Positions 1 to 9,102 of a stretch of DNA of 32,000 nt are shown here, piece by piece. The stretch covers positions 25,808-57,807 of the forward strand of contig PHAE01000015.1 of assembly GCA_002840285.1 (NCBI GenBank), given 5' to 3'. The stretch's first letter is position 1. The number at the start of each line of letters is the position of its first letter. This DNA comes from Firmicutes bacterium HGW-Firmicutes-11. Its GTDB lineage: Bacteria > Bacillota > Clostridia > Peptostreptococcales > Anaerovoracaceae. Position numbers and translations under genes: made by a program. The notes below the pieces were generated by a model. That model searched no databases. It was not told the origin of the DNA and was given only the letters and a program-made list of their open reading frames with translations.

Positions 1-753
1 CACCTTGTTCATCTCACCCGCAATCTCTTTGCTGGTAATGACATACCCGATACGAAGCCCTGCGATCCCATCGATCTTGGAGAACGTCCGCAGTAACAGT
101 GTGTTCGGATGTTTTGCCAGATACTCCAGACCGTCCGGATAGGCGGGGTTTTCTTTTCCAAACTCGAAATAGGCCTCGTCCAACACCACCGCCACATCCT
201 CAGGCAAACCGGCATACAATGCATCCAGTTGCTCCCGGGTCGCAATGTGTCCCGTCGGATTGTTCGGGCTACAGACATAGACAAGTTTTGTCTTTTCGTT
301 GACAGCCGCAAGCAGTCCGGGGATGTCGTACTCTTTCTCCTTAAGAGGGACGGTCCGAATCACCGCTCCCAAAAGACTTGTCGTTGTATTGTAAATGCCA
401 AACGACGGGGATGGAACGACCACCTCGTCTCCTTCGTTGATGAACGTCTGTGCGATGATAAGAAGAAGCTCTTCTCCTCCGCTGCCTACCACCAGAGATT
501 CGACGCCAATGCCATACTGCGCTGCAAGGTCCTTCTTCAAATCGATGGCCGACGCCTCCGGATAGAGGTATATCTCTGCTGCTGCCCTTTTCACTGCTTC
601 CACTGCAAGCGGGGATGGCCCCAACTGGTTCTCGTTGGAAGCAAGCTTGTCGATCTCGGTCAGTCCATACTCCCGCATGACCTCCTCTACCGGTTTTCCC
701 GGAACGTAGGGCCGAAATGCCTTTAATTCTTTTCGAAAGCGCTCTGAAATCAT
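1..753 (-). CDS. hisC: histidinol-phosphate aminotransferase (class II aminotransferase), 3' end cut by the window edge
   Basis: Absent from the ORF track because it runs off the left edge. Minus-strand ATG at 753 is preceded by GGAAAGGTG. Hand translation MISERFRKELKAFRPYVPGKPVEEVMREYGL..LASNENQLGPSP..CSPNNPTGH..RTFSKIDGIAGLRIGYVITSKEIAGEMNKV stays open to base 1 (251 codons). It carries the HisC-type motifs ASNEN, NPTG and SK..GLRIGY. Confidence 0.85.
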   Translation of the reverse strand, partial: MISERFRKELKAFRPYVPGKPVEEVMREYGLTEIDKLASNENQLGPSPLAVEAVKRAAAEIYLYPEASAIDLKKDLAAQYGIGVESLVVGSGGEELLLIIAQTFINEGDEVVVPSPSFGIYNTTTSLLGAVIRTVPLKEKEYDIPGLLAAVNEKTKLVYVCSPNNPTGHIATREQLDALYAGLPEDVAVVLDEAYFEFGKENPAYPDGLEYLAKHPNTLLLRTFSKIDGIAGLRIGYVITSKEIAGEMNKV

Positions 754-784
754 ACTATCACCTTTCCGGAACGAAGTTCCTCTT

Positions 785-2785
785 TTATTCCACATCCTCA
801 AGTGTCGAAAGAACTGTGTTGTACTTTCCGACCTGACTGATGCTATAATCCATCGGGTCTAGATTGTCGATGGCTTTCTCAACCTTCAACAGTTGAGAAT
901 GAACAAAAATTGTGTCGACGAAATCGCCGTTGACCGCCAGCTTGCTGTAGGGAGTGAAATTTTCCCCCACGACGTAGGTATTGTCTTCAAAGTTGAAGAT
1001 TTTGTCCACTCGGATCTCCCGGACTCCCATTTGCAGATCCGTCGGCTGGTAGGCGGGCTTGCCTCCGTAAATGTAATTCTGCCCGTACAGCATGTCGTAT
1101 TGCAGCAGTTCCAGCTTGGAAAGGTAGCCCGGCTGATTCTTGCTGGTCCTGTGAAACCATGGCATGACACCACGTTCGATGCCCAGAAGTTCCAATACCC
1201 GTGATGATAGTTGATACGAGGATAGATCCTGGTCGATTTCCTTGAGATCGTAATTGGCATACATTACATATTGTGTCTGATACAGTGAATGGCTCACCAT
1301 ATCAGAGTTTTCAAGGCTCAGCACAGGAAGATGGTCTCCATAAAAAACGACGACGGTCCTCTCTTTTCTGGAATCCACTTCGGCGACTACATCGCCGACG
1401 AACTCATCCATCTCATATACTTGTTGTACATAGTATTCAAGAGCGTTTTTCTCTTCTTCCTCCATGTTTTCATCAAGAACATGGATCTCCAGTTCTTCCT
1501 CCGGGATCACCTGATCTTCCGGGTACTTGCCGTGGCCTTGAACGGAAATGGCAAAGACAAAGTCCGGACCTTCGGTGGAATCCAGCGCCGCTTTGATTTC
1601 TCCGGTAAGTACCCGGTCTTTTGCCCAGTTTTTCGGTGTCATCCTGACATTGTTCATATACTCGACCGATGTAAAGGTATCGAAGCCCAAATGAGAAAAC
1701 ACCAGGTTTCGATTGTAAAAGGCGCCACGATGGTTGTGGATGGCGTGGGCGGTGTAACCTATGTCCTTCAGTATATAATTGATCGACTCACATGTCGCTT
1801 CCTTCATGATCGTTTTGTATGGATACTCACCGGGTCCAAAATTTTTGATCCGCATACCCGTCAAAATCTCAAACTCTGTGTTTGCCGTTCCTGCACCCAC
1901 GGACGGAACCGTCAGATAACCGCTGCTTCCTTCCTGCAATCGTCGAAAATGGGGCACAGGATCTCCGGAAAGCGCAACGCCTTCGATTTCGAAGGGGTCG
2001 ATCAAGGATTCCAGTTGAACGAAGATGATATTCGGCAACACCTTCGGCGTGGTCCCTACCGTCTGATCGACGGGAATGCGAGAATTGACTTCCTCCATGC
2101 CCATGGGGATCCCGCTGCGGAACACAGACAGCACATTGCTCTCTGTATAATTGGGAGGCAATGGGATTCCCCGGTTGAGCCAGGTATTCATGAAGCAATA
2201 GGGCACTCCATAATCCTCATAGGCATACCCGAGGTTACCGAAATAGGTGCCTAGCCATCGCTTTTCAATTCCAATGCTCGTCACGCCATAAAGACTGATG
2301 GCAAAAGCCATGACCAATATCAAATTGACGCGAAACCAAAGCTCTCCTTTGACTTTTGGTGCATAGAGAAAGGCATACACATACAAAGCTATGATCAACA
2401 TAACGCCTAAAACGACCAGCGCTATTTTGAACGTAGACATATAGTTGGGCAAAACCGACAATCCGTTTTCCAGCAACGCAAAATCCGATGCGGTCAAAGG
2501 TGTCATCCGAAACCCCAGAACCAAGCCGTTTATAGCTCCCAGAATCAACCATAGGCTGGAAATGGTCACAAGCGCGAAGGTTCGCCTCCGAACCAGAAGA
2601 GACAACGACAAGGTGACAAAAATCAGGAACGCATTGTAAAAGAAGAGTCGCGGTTCCTCCCAAAGAAAATCGAGAGCCGCAAGCAGAGAATGTCGCCCCA
2701 GCGCTTCTATGATCAGCGCCAGCACGACGGATAGCGCAGCAGCGACGGCAACGCCATTTCGAATTGCAAAATGAATGGTTTTCAT
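785..2785 (-). CDS. LTA synthase family protein (polytopic N-terminus plus sulfatase-type ectodomain)
   Basis: ORF 785..2896 trimmed to Met38 (ATG at 2785, 1 nt after the rsmA stop). The N-terminus has several hydrophobic helices, followed by an LtaS-like domain (VQLESLIDP, GTANTEFEILTG). Confidence 0.8.
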   Translation of the reverse strand: MKTIHFAIRNGVAVAAALSVVLALIIEALGRHSLLAALDFLWEEPRLFFYNAFLIFVTLSLSLLVRRRTFALVTISSLWLILGAINGLVLGFRMTPLTASDFALLENGLSVLPNYMSTFKIALVVLGVMLIIALYVYAFLYAPKVKGELWFRVNLILVMAFAISLYGVTSIGIEKRWLGTYFGNLGYAYEDYGVPYCFMNTWLNRGIPLPPNYTESNVLSVFRSGIPMGMEEVNSRIPVDQTVGTTPKVLPNIIFVQLESLIDPFEIEGVALSGDPVPHFRRLQEGSSGYLTVPSVGAGTANTEFEILTGMRIKNFGPGEYPYKTIMKEATCESINYILKDIGYTAHAIHNHRGAFYNRNLVFSHLGFDTFTSVEYMNNVRMTPKNWAKDRVLTGEIKAALDSTEGPDFVFAISVQGHGKYPEDQVIPEEELEIHVLDENMEEEEKNALEYYVQQVYEMDEFVGDVVAEVDSRKERTVVVFYGDHLPVLSLENSDMVSHSLYQTQYVMYANYDLKEIDQDLSSYQLSSRVLELLGIERGVMPWFHRTSKNQPGYLSKLELLQYDMLYGQNYIYGGKPAYQPTDLQMGVREIRVDKIFNFEDNTYVVGENFTPYSKLAVNGDFVDTIFVHSQLLKVEKAIDNLDPMDYSISQVGKYNTVLSTLEDVE

Positions 2786-2786
2786 A

Positions 2787-3683
2787 TCAGCTTCCCAATG
2801 CGGCGAGTACGACCTCGTCGGCAAGCGCCCCGAATTCGTTGAGATCAAGAGTTTCCGCCCGCCGAACCGGATCGATTCCCGCTTCCGCAAGTGCAAGCAA
2901 AGACTGCTCTTTCGAAATTCCGAGGGTTCCGGTCAGTGAGTTTCCCAGGGTCTTTCTGCGCTGACCAAAGCCCGCCTTTATTACCGCGAAGAGTGCCTCT
3001 TCACTTTTGACTTGGATGGGAGGATCTTTTCGTACATGAAGACGCAATACGGTGGAATCCACCTTTGGCTTCGGCACAAACACTTCCTTCGGCACAGCAG
3101 CGATCTGCTCAACGGTACAATAATAATTGACTGCGACTGTCAGGGCGCCGTATTCCTTCGTTCCGGGACGCGCTTTGATCCGATCAGCCACTTCCTTTTG
3201 CATCATGACAGTCAGGCTCTCAAACAGTGGAGGGCCTTCGACCTTCTCCTCCAGGATTTTCATGATGATGGGTGTGGTGATGTAGTAAGGAAGGTTGGCA
3301 ATCAGTTTGACCTTGTCTATCACGCCAGGCACTCTGAGTTTCTCCGCTTCGATAATGGAGAAAAGATCCGCTTTCATAAAATCTTCGTTTAAAATCGTGA
3401 CATTGTCGTGCTCGGCGAGAGTCTCCCGTAAAATCGGCATCAGGTTTCGATCCAGTTCGATCCCAACGACGCCAGCCGCACGCAGCGCAGCTGCATGGGT
3501 CAGTACGCCGATCCCCGGCCCGACTTCGATCACCAGGTCGTTCTTGGAAATCTCCGCTCCCTCAATGATACGGTCGACGATATTGCCGTCGGTCAGAAAG
3601 TTCTGCCCCAGGCTTTTTGAAAGTCTGAATTTGTATTGCTCCGACAGTTTACGTACGGTCGCCGGTGAATAAAGCTTTTCCAT
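2787..3683 (-). CDS. rsmA: 16S rRNA (adenine1518/1519-N6)-dimethyltransferase RsmA/KsgA
   Basis: Motifs SLGQNFLTD, VIEVGPGIGVLT and NLPYYITTPI. Start moved to Met11 (ATG 3683, AGAGGAA RBS 9 nt upstream). The gene overlaps the rnmV 3' end by 35 nt. Confidence 0.9.
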   Translation of the reverse strand: MEKLYSPATVRKLSEQYKFRLSKSLGQNFLTDGNIVDRIIEGAEISKNDLVIEVGPGIGVLTHAAALRAAGVVGIELDRNLMPILRETLAEHDNVTILNEDFMKADLFSIIEAEKLRVPGVIDKVKLIANLPYYITTPIIMKILEEKVEGPPLFESLTVMMQKEVADRIKARPGTKEYGALTVAVNYYCTVEQIAAVPKEVFVPKPKVDSTVLRLHVRKDPPIQVKSEEALFAVIKAGFGQRRKTLGNSLTGTLGISKEQSLLALAEAGIDPVRRAETLDLNEFGALADEVVLAALGS

Positions 3684-4203
3684 TCTCGTTGTATTCCTCT
3701 TTCGTGACCCCATAGTTGTTCAACCTGCGGAGAAAGGTTCTGGCATTGCCGTAACCGATGCCCAGGGCTTTGCCCATTGCATCTCGCCGATCGGCGGCAT
3801 CCTTGGATCCCACCAGGCCGAAGGCGCTAAGGTCAGATGCGGAAAACCGGCAGTTCTGTTCTGTCTGCCGGCATCTTGCCTTTTCCAGTGCCTTTATTAT
3901 ACTCCCTGTCGATGCGTTTTCAACTCCGATGTCGTCTCCTGCAGTTGCGTCCTCCCTGGACAAAAAGCAATGCATGGCGTCGAGAAACCTCTGGCTGATC
4001 CGTGTCCGGATCTCTTCGCCAGCGTGGTCCGGATCCGTCAGGACCAATATGCCGGGGCCTTGATGCGCCCGTTGGATCCTGTCCCAAGTCTCGCTGCTGA
4101 TTCCATATCCGCTGGTGACGATGACTTCCGCATCGACGGCCGTCTTCACGGCTCTCTCGTCCGCCCGGCCTTCCACAATTATGATTTCTTTGATTCGTTT
4201 CAT
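3649..4203 (-). CDS. rnmV: ribonuclease M5 (Toprim domain, 5S rRNA maturase)
   Basis: IIIVEGRADERAV ... VLTDPDHAGEEIR Toprim signature. It shows the classic rnmV-rsmA adjacency and an ATGA start/stop overlap with the upstream divIC-like gene. Confidence 0.9.
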   Translation of the reverse strand: MKRIKEIIIVEGRADERAVKTAVDAEVIVTSGYGISSETWDRIQRAHQGPGILVLTDPDHAGEEIRTRISQRFLDAMHCFLSREDATAGDDIGVENASTGSIIKALEKARCRQTEQNCRFSASDLSAFGLVGSKDAADRRDAMGKALGIGYGNARTFLRRLNNYGVTKEEYNENGKALFTGDRT

Positions 4204-4637
4204 TCTTCTGTGTCCTCGGTCGGCTGGCTCAGTATGTAGAGCGTTTCTCCCGGAAAAATCATCTTCAGCTGTTGTCGCGCCTGCTGCTCGATGTATTCCT
4301 CGCTGTCAATGTGAGAAATCTCTTCCTGCAAGCGAGCTTTCATCTCGTTCAATTGTAGCAATTCGTCTCTTGCTTTCGCTTGCTCCATTTTCAGTGTGAT
4401 GATGTTGAAAGCGGTGGTGACGATCAAAATAGCTATGACGATAAAAACAACGAGATAAACCAAGCGGCGGCGATTGCGTTTCGCTGTCCGCCTCGTAGAT
4501 ACCGCGGCCTCTGCGGGTGTCTCTTTCTCTACGCGCTTCATCGTGGCCAGCGCTCGCTTTTCTCTGCGCTCTTCTCTGGCCTTTTCCATGTCGATCACGT
4601 TCCGGCTTTTATACGCTCTGCTCCGGCTTTTCGCCAC
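4200..4637 (-). CDS. divIC: septum formation initiator family protein (FtsB/DivIC-like)
   Basis: Basic N-terminus, a single TM helix (LVYLVVFIVIAILIVTTAF), a coiled coil, then EEYIEQQARQQLKMIFPGE typical of DivIC/FtsB. The ORF-track start is a GTG with a poorly spaced RBS, so the real start could be an internal ATG (4589). Confidence 0.7.
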   Translation of the reverse strand: MAKSRSRAYKSRNVIDMEKAREERREKRALATMKRVEKETPAEAAVSTRRTAKRNRRRLVYLVVFIVIAILIVTTAFNIITLKMEQAKARDELLQLNEMKARLQEEISHIDSEEYIEQQARQQLKMIFPGETLYILSQPTEDTEE

Positions 4638-4668
4638 GGTCTCAACCTGCTTCCTTCGATCGGTCTGT

Positions 4669-6483
4669 CTACTCTATGTTCTGTATCCCTCTCATCGGCG
4701 CCAGTGGTAAGGCCACTGTTACCCGTGTTCCTTTGCCTGGACGACTTTCTATGCCGATCGAACCGCCATGTTCTTCCACGATCTGCTTTGCGATCGACAG
4801 ACCCAGGCCGGTGCCGCCCATTTCTCTGGACCTGGCTTTGTCGACCCGGTAGAACCGTTCAAAGACTCTCGGGATCTCTTTGTCAGATATTCCGATCCCA
4901 TTGTCGCTGATGATGATGTGCGCCAACGCACCTTCTTTGTAGAGGTCGACGTCGATCCGACCTCCGTTTGGCGTATACTTGATCGCATTGCTCAGGATGT
5001 TCAAGAGCACTTGGTCGATGCTGTCTTTGTCGATGACCGACATAATTTTTTGGCTGGAATCAAAGATGCAGTTCAGGTGCTGCCCTTTGTTCGTGGCTGT
5101 CATTTCCACCTTTGTCACGGCGGAATTGACGATACTGACCAGGTTGCTTTCCTTCTTGAAGAGTTTTTCCTGTTTATAATCCAGCCGGGACAGCTGAAGA
5201 AGCTCCCGCACCAGCCGGTTCATCCGGTCCGCTTCCCCGTCGATGATAGCAAGAAAGCCGCTGATCGTGGACACGTCGCTGATTTCCTGATCCAGCAGCG
5301 TTTCCGTATAGCTTTTGATCGTCGTCAAGGGTGTTTTCAGTTCGTGGGACACGTTTGCCACAAAATCTCTTTGCATGCTTTCCAGCTTCTGCTGCTCCGT
5401 GATGTCCTGGAGCAAGAGGATAAACCCTGCATCCTGGTCGTTTTCCTCCTGGAATTTGTCATATCGGACCGCGTAGGACTTTCCTCCGTGGTCAAAGCTT
5501 CCGTGGAACCCTCCGACCCCACAGTTTCGAATCAACTGTCCAAGTATCAGTTCTTTATTGAACACCTTGATGATGTCATCGTATTGCTTTTCTTCGATAT
5601 CGTTTTGGGTGATCGAAAGCATTTCCATCGCTGCCGGATTTGCCAAAATCACCCGACCTTCCAGGTCCACTGCCAACAATCCGTCGACCATATTCTTCAG
5701 GATCGCTTCCAATTTGCTCTTCTCGTTGGAGATCTCCGACAGGGTGTAGTCCAACTTTTCCCGCAACAGATTGAACATGGATGCCAGTTGGCCGATCTCA
5801 TCATCGGATTTCACGCTTACCACCTGGCTGAAATCTCCCTGGGACATTCGCTCCGCCTTTTGGGTCACATCGTTGATGGGCACGGTAATGCTGCGTGCAA
5901 TGAAAAACCCGAGAAACACAGTGACCAGCAATGCGATCAACATCGAGCGCAGAAAGATTGCCCGGGACTGGTTTTGGGTCTCGTAAACACTGGAGATATC
6001 AGCACGCAAACAAACAACCCCGGTGATGCGGTCGTTTTTTTCGATGGGAAACACCATGTTTTTCACAGGGATCCCGGAAGACAGAACGCTGTCGATCTCA
6101 GCGATCTCACCGGACAGGCCTTTCACTAGAACGCTTTGTTCCAGAAGGTCCAATCCGCTCTTTCCGATGAAATTGAGATTGCTCGATGCGATAATGATGA
6201 AATTGTCATTGACAACAAAAAGCTCTTCCCGAAGGCTTTCCGACCAAGCCATCGTATCTGCCTGGATCTCTTCCCTGTTGGCGTCAAGATCGTCGTACTC
6301 CTGCAAGGACATGACGTTTTCCTGAACGATTTTTGTGAAGTTGTTTCGGACCGATTCCATCTGGTAGTTTTCCAGCTGACTCATGATAAACACGCCGGTG
6401 ATGGTCAGGGCAATGAATACCAAAAGAAAATAAATCAGCACGATCCGCCAGCGGATGCTCTTCCAATTACGATTCGCGATCAT
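4669..6483 (-). CDS. walK: sensor histidine kinase, WalK/VicK-like (2 TM, extracytoplasmic domain, HAMP, PAS, HisKA, HATPase)
   Basis: Architecture and length (604 aa) match WalK. H-box SHELKTPLTTIKSY. N/G boxes LSNAIKYTP and DNGIGI..GGTGLGLSIAK. It starts 3 nt downstream of a WalR-like regulator. Confidence 0.75.
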   Translation of the reverse strand: MIANRNWKSIRWRIVLIYFLLVFIALTITGVFIMSQLENYQMESVRNNFTKIVQENVMSLQEYDDLDANREEIQADTMAWSESLREELFVVNDNFIIIASSNLNFIGKSGLDLLEQSVLVKGLSGEIAEIDSVLSSGIPVKNMVFPIEKNDRITGVVCLRADISSVYETQNQSRAIFLRSMLIALLVTVFLGFFIARSITVPINDVTQKAERMSQGDFSQVVSVKSDDEIGQLASMFNLLREKLDYTLSEISNEKSKLEAILKNMVDGLLAVDLEGRVILANPAAMEMLSITQNDIEEKQYDDIIKVFNKELILGQLIRNCGVGGFHGSFDHGGKSYAVRYDKFQEENDQDAGFILLLQDITEQQKLESMQRDFVANVSHELKTPLTTIKSYTETLLDQEISDVSTISGFLAIIDGEADRMNRLVRELLQLSRLDYKQEKLFKKESNLVSIVNSAVTKVEMTATNKGQHLNCIFDSSQKIMSVIDKDSIDQVLLNILSNAIKYTPNGGRIDVDLYKEGALAHIIISDNGIGISDKEIPRVFERFYRVDKARSREMGGTGLGLSIAKQIVEEHGGSIGIESRPGKGTRVTVALPLAPMRGIQNIE

Positions 6484-6486
6484 GGA

Positions 6487-7185
6487 TCAAGGCCTCCTGA
6501 AGTAATAGCCGATCCCGCGCTTGGTCATGATGTAACCGGGATCGCTGGAATCGTCTTCCAGTTTTTCCCGTAGTCTTCGGACGGTCACATCAACGGTGCG
6601 AATGTCTCCGTAATACTCATATCCCCAGACTTCTTCCAGCAGTTGTTCTCTGGAGAAGACTTTGTTCTCTCTTTCCGCCAGGTACCGGAGAAGCTCGAAT
6701 TCCCGAAGGGTAAGTTCCAGCGCCACTCCGTCCTTGCGAACCTCGTACCGGTTCATGTCGATCGCCAGGTTGCCGAATTCCCGAAGGTTGGACGGTTCAT
6801 TTTGCAGGCTGGAAACCAACTCGATCCGCCTCAGATTTGCCTTGATCCTGGCGATGAGTTCCCTCATCCCAAAGGGTTTGGTGATGTAGTCGTCAGCACC
6901 CAACTCCAATCCAAGAACCTTGTCGACTTCCTCTTCCTTGGCGGTCAGCATCAAAATCGGCACCGAGCTCGTCTCACGGATCTTTTTGCATACCTGAAAA
7001 CCGTCGATCCCGGGAAGCATGACGTCCAAAAGAATCAGGTCCGGAGCAAGGCTTTGCGCCTTTTCCAGACCGATGGTCCCGTCGTAGGCGGTTTCGGTTT
7101 GGAAACCCTCCTTGTCCAGGTTGAACTTAATGATATCCGAGATGGATTTTTCGTCTTCGATGATCAGTATCTTTTTCATATCCAT
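6487..7185 (-). CDS. walR: OmpR-family response regulator, WalR/YycF-like
   Basis: KILIIEDEKSISDII..DLILLDVMLPGIDGF..ILMLTAKEEEVDKVLGLELGADDYITKPFGMRELIARIKANLRR is very close to the WalR receiver as I remember it. It has a winged-helix C-terminus. A GGGAG RBS lies 6 nt upstream of the ATG at 7185. Confidence 0.85.
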   Translation of the reverse strand: MDMKKILIIEDEKSISDIIKFNLDKEGFQTETAYDGTIGLEKAQSLAPDLILLDVMLPGIDGFQVCKKIRETSSVPILMLTAKEEEVDKVLGLELGADDYITKPFGMRELIARIKANLRRIELVSSLQNEPSNLREFGNLAIDMNRYEVRKDGVALELTLREFELLRYLAERENKVFSREQLLEEVWGYEYYGDIRTVDVTVRRLREKLEDDSSDPGYIMTKRGIGYYFRRP

Positions 7186-7197
7186 TGCCGACTCCCG

Positions 7198-9102
7198 TCA
7201 CTTCAGGTAATTCAGCGGATTTTTAGCCACGCCGTTGATCCGGACCTCAAAGTGAACATGGGGGCCGGTGCTTCTTCCGGTGCTGCCGATATTAGCAATA
7301 TGCTGGTCTTGATACACCTTGTCACCGGTCTTTACCATAAGTTTGCTGCAGTGCCCGTAAACTGTTACTTTGTTCTGTCCGTGGTCGATTCGCACAACAT
7401 ACCCTAAGGCTCCGTCCCATCCTGCAAAAATCACCTTGCCTCCGTCCGATGCCCGAATTTTCGTTCCGTAAGGAGCCGCAATATCAATTCCGTAGTGCAT
7501 TCTGCCCCACCTTGTGCCAAAGCGGGAGGACAGGGATCCTCTGGTCGGATAGATAAATGTGCCGGTGCCGATCAATGGGGGCAGTTCTTTGGTTCCCTTC
7601 AATACGACTTGCGAGACCGGCTCGCTGATCACAACCGCACTCAGCTCTTCCCTCTTGATCTCGGTTCCATTTTCCCGCACGATCTCAGCAACGACTTCCT
7701 TCTGCCCCTGCACGCCGGAAGATTTCACTGTTTGCTCCCCTTTGTACAGAGTGGAGGTCTCTTCAAAAGTGATGTCATACTGGATCGCCGTCATGTATTT
7801 GGCGACTTCCGTGGTCTGTACGGTGACCAGAGGCACGATCTGGTTCAGTACCAGTTCCTGTCCGATCTGTAGCCGGTCAGGATTTGCTTCCGGGTTCGCT
7901 GTCTGCAGTTCCGCTGGCGACAATCCATAAAGCTTTGCGATCACGTTGAAGGTTTCTCCGGATGCCACTTTGTGGACTTTCTTTTCTACCGCACCGGTCA
8001 GAACAAATTCCAGCGCTGCGTTTTCGTCATCGATGTCTCCGATTTTTGTGCTGACTTCTTCGATTTGAACATTTTCCGCAAAACCGATCGACGTGTATTG
8101 GATCGACTCGTTGTCACTTGTATATTTGGATTTGACTGTATTTAAAAGAGCCTCAGCGTCTGCCATGCTGTCGAGGATCGCGATCTTCCTGCCATCGACC
8201 AACAGAGCATAGGCGTTGGCGTTCATATCTCTTAAGTAGGTCAATGTGTTCAGCACTTCATCCTTGTCGTCGATGTCCAGTTTCCAGCCGACGATCTTTC
8301 GGAAGGTGATGTCCTTTGCGGGATCGATGTTGATCTCTGCTCCATACACATGGGTCAGTTTGTCTCCGATGATGCCAACGGTCATACTGACATCACGCTG
8401 ATCCTTGACGATGCCCAGAACTTTACCGTTGTACATGTATTCGAACGCTGTCATATTACCGAGTATGATCGCTGCCGATGCGGCGATCACGACGGCTCCT
8501 GAAAAACCTGCAAGCAACTGCCTTTTGTGACGCTCCGCCCAATGACGGAAATAACGCCATTTTCGTTCGGTCTTCCTGCCGATGTAAGTGACCGCTTCCG
8601 CTGTCCGGTCGATTCCTGCATCGGTTCGCTCGACGGCGATCGCAGCACGATCGGAAATAGCTGATTCCGTGCGGATCAGCGTTTCTTTCAGTGTTTGAAG
8701 TCTGCTGCCTGATGAGAACTTGGGACGAAGTGTGGCAAGACGTGAAACGCGACCAACGACGCGATCGATCAAGGCATCCAGGCGCAGGTCGCCGGTTTTT
8801 TTCTCTTTGGAGACAGTCTCCATTTTGTTCGATATTTCCTTTGTAGCCTGTCGGGAACGCAAAGACTCCCTTTGCTGCATTCTCTCATAAGAAATCTGCG
8901 AAAGGGTGTCATCCAGGTCTTCACAGCTAAGGGCCGCTTTTTCGGCGATCTTTTTGGAGATCCGCTGGTCAAGAAGGCGCAAGGCCTCCTTTTTACAATG
9001 GTTTTCCTCAGTTGCCGATGCTGACGCGATCAAGTCGTCCTTATGTGTCTCCATATCAGTATTATACTGGTTGGAGTCTGTTTTATCAAACCTTTTTTCC
9101 AT
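7198..9102 (-). CDS. membrane-anchored peptidoglycan metalloendopeptidase (cytoplasmic N-region, TM, LysM, G5, M23 peptidase)
   Basis: LysM (HKVASGETFNVIAKLYGLSPAELQ..IGQELVL). G5 (YKGEQTVKSSGVQGQKEVVAEIVRENG). M23 (HYGIDIAAPYGTKI...GSTGRSTGPHVHFEV). Start trimmed to the ATG at 9102 (GGAG RBS), giving a 17-nt overlap with the upstream gene. The ORF-track start at 9165 would sit deep inside the neighbouring gene. Confidence 0.8.
   Translation of the reverse strand: MEKRFDKTDSNQYNTDMETHKDDLIASASATEENHCKKEALRLLDQRISKKIAEKAALSCEDLDDTLSQISYERMQQRESLRSRQATKEISNKMETVSKEKKTGDLRLDALIDRVVGRVSRLATLRPKFSSGSRLQTLKETLIRTESAISDRAAIAVERTDAGIDRTAEAVTYIGRKTERKWRYFRHWAERHKRQLLAGFSGAVVIAASAAIILGNMTAFEYMYNGKVLGIVKDQRDVSMTVGIIGDKLTHVYGAEINIDPAKDITFRKIVGWKLDIDDKDEVLNTLTYLRDMNANAYALLVDGRKIAILDSMADAEALLNTVKSKYTSDNESIQYTSIGFAENVQIEEVSTKIGDIDDENAALEFVLTGAVEKKVHKVASGETFNVIAKLYGLSPAELQTANPEANPDRLQIGQELVLNQIVPLVTVQTTEVAKYMTAIQYDITFEETSTLYKGEQTVKSSGVQGQKEVVAEIVRENGTEIKREELSAVVISEPVSQVVLKGTKELPPLIGTGTFIYPTRGSLSSRFGTRWGRMHYGIDIAAPYGTKIRASDGGKVIFAGWDGALGYVVRIDHGQNKVTVYGHCSKLMVKTGDKVYQDQHIANIGSTGRSTGPHVHFEVRINGVAKNPLNYLK

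Noticed and set aside
4768-6129. A 453-aa plus-strand ORF, with similar long ORFs at 1289-2254, 6643-7407, 12308-12949, 9710-10324 and 18455-19192.
   Set aside because: These are shadow ORFs antisense to genes with unmistakable motifs (walK, the LtaS-family gene, walR, gdpP, the DnaD-family gene, transketolase). Their translations are low-complexity and rich in R, H, F and L. They carry no motifs and no RBS.
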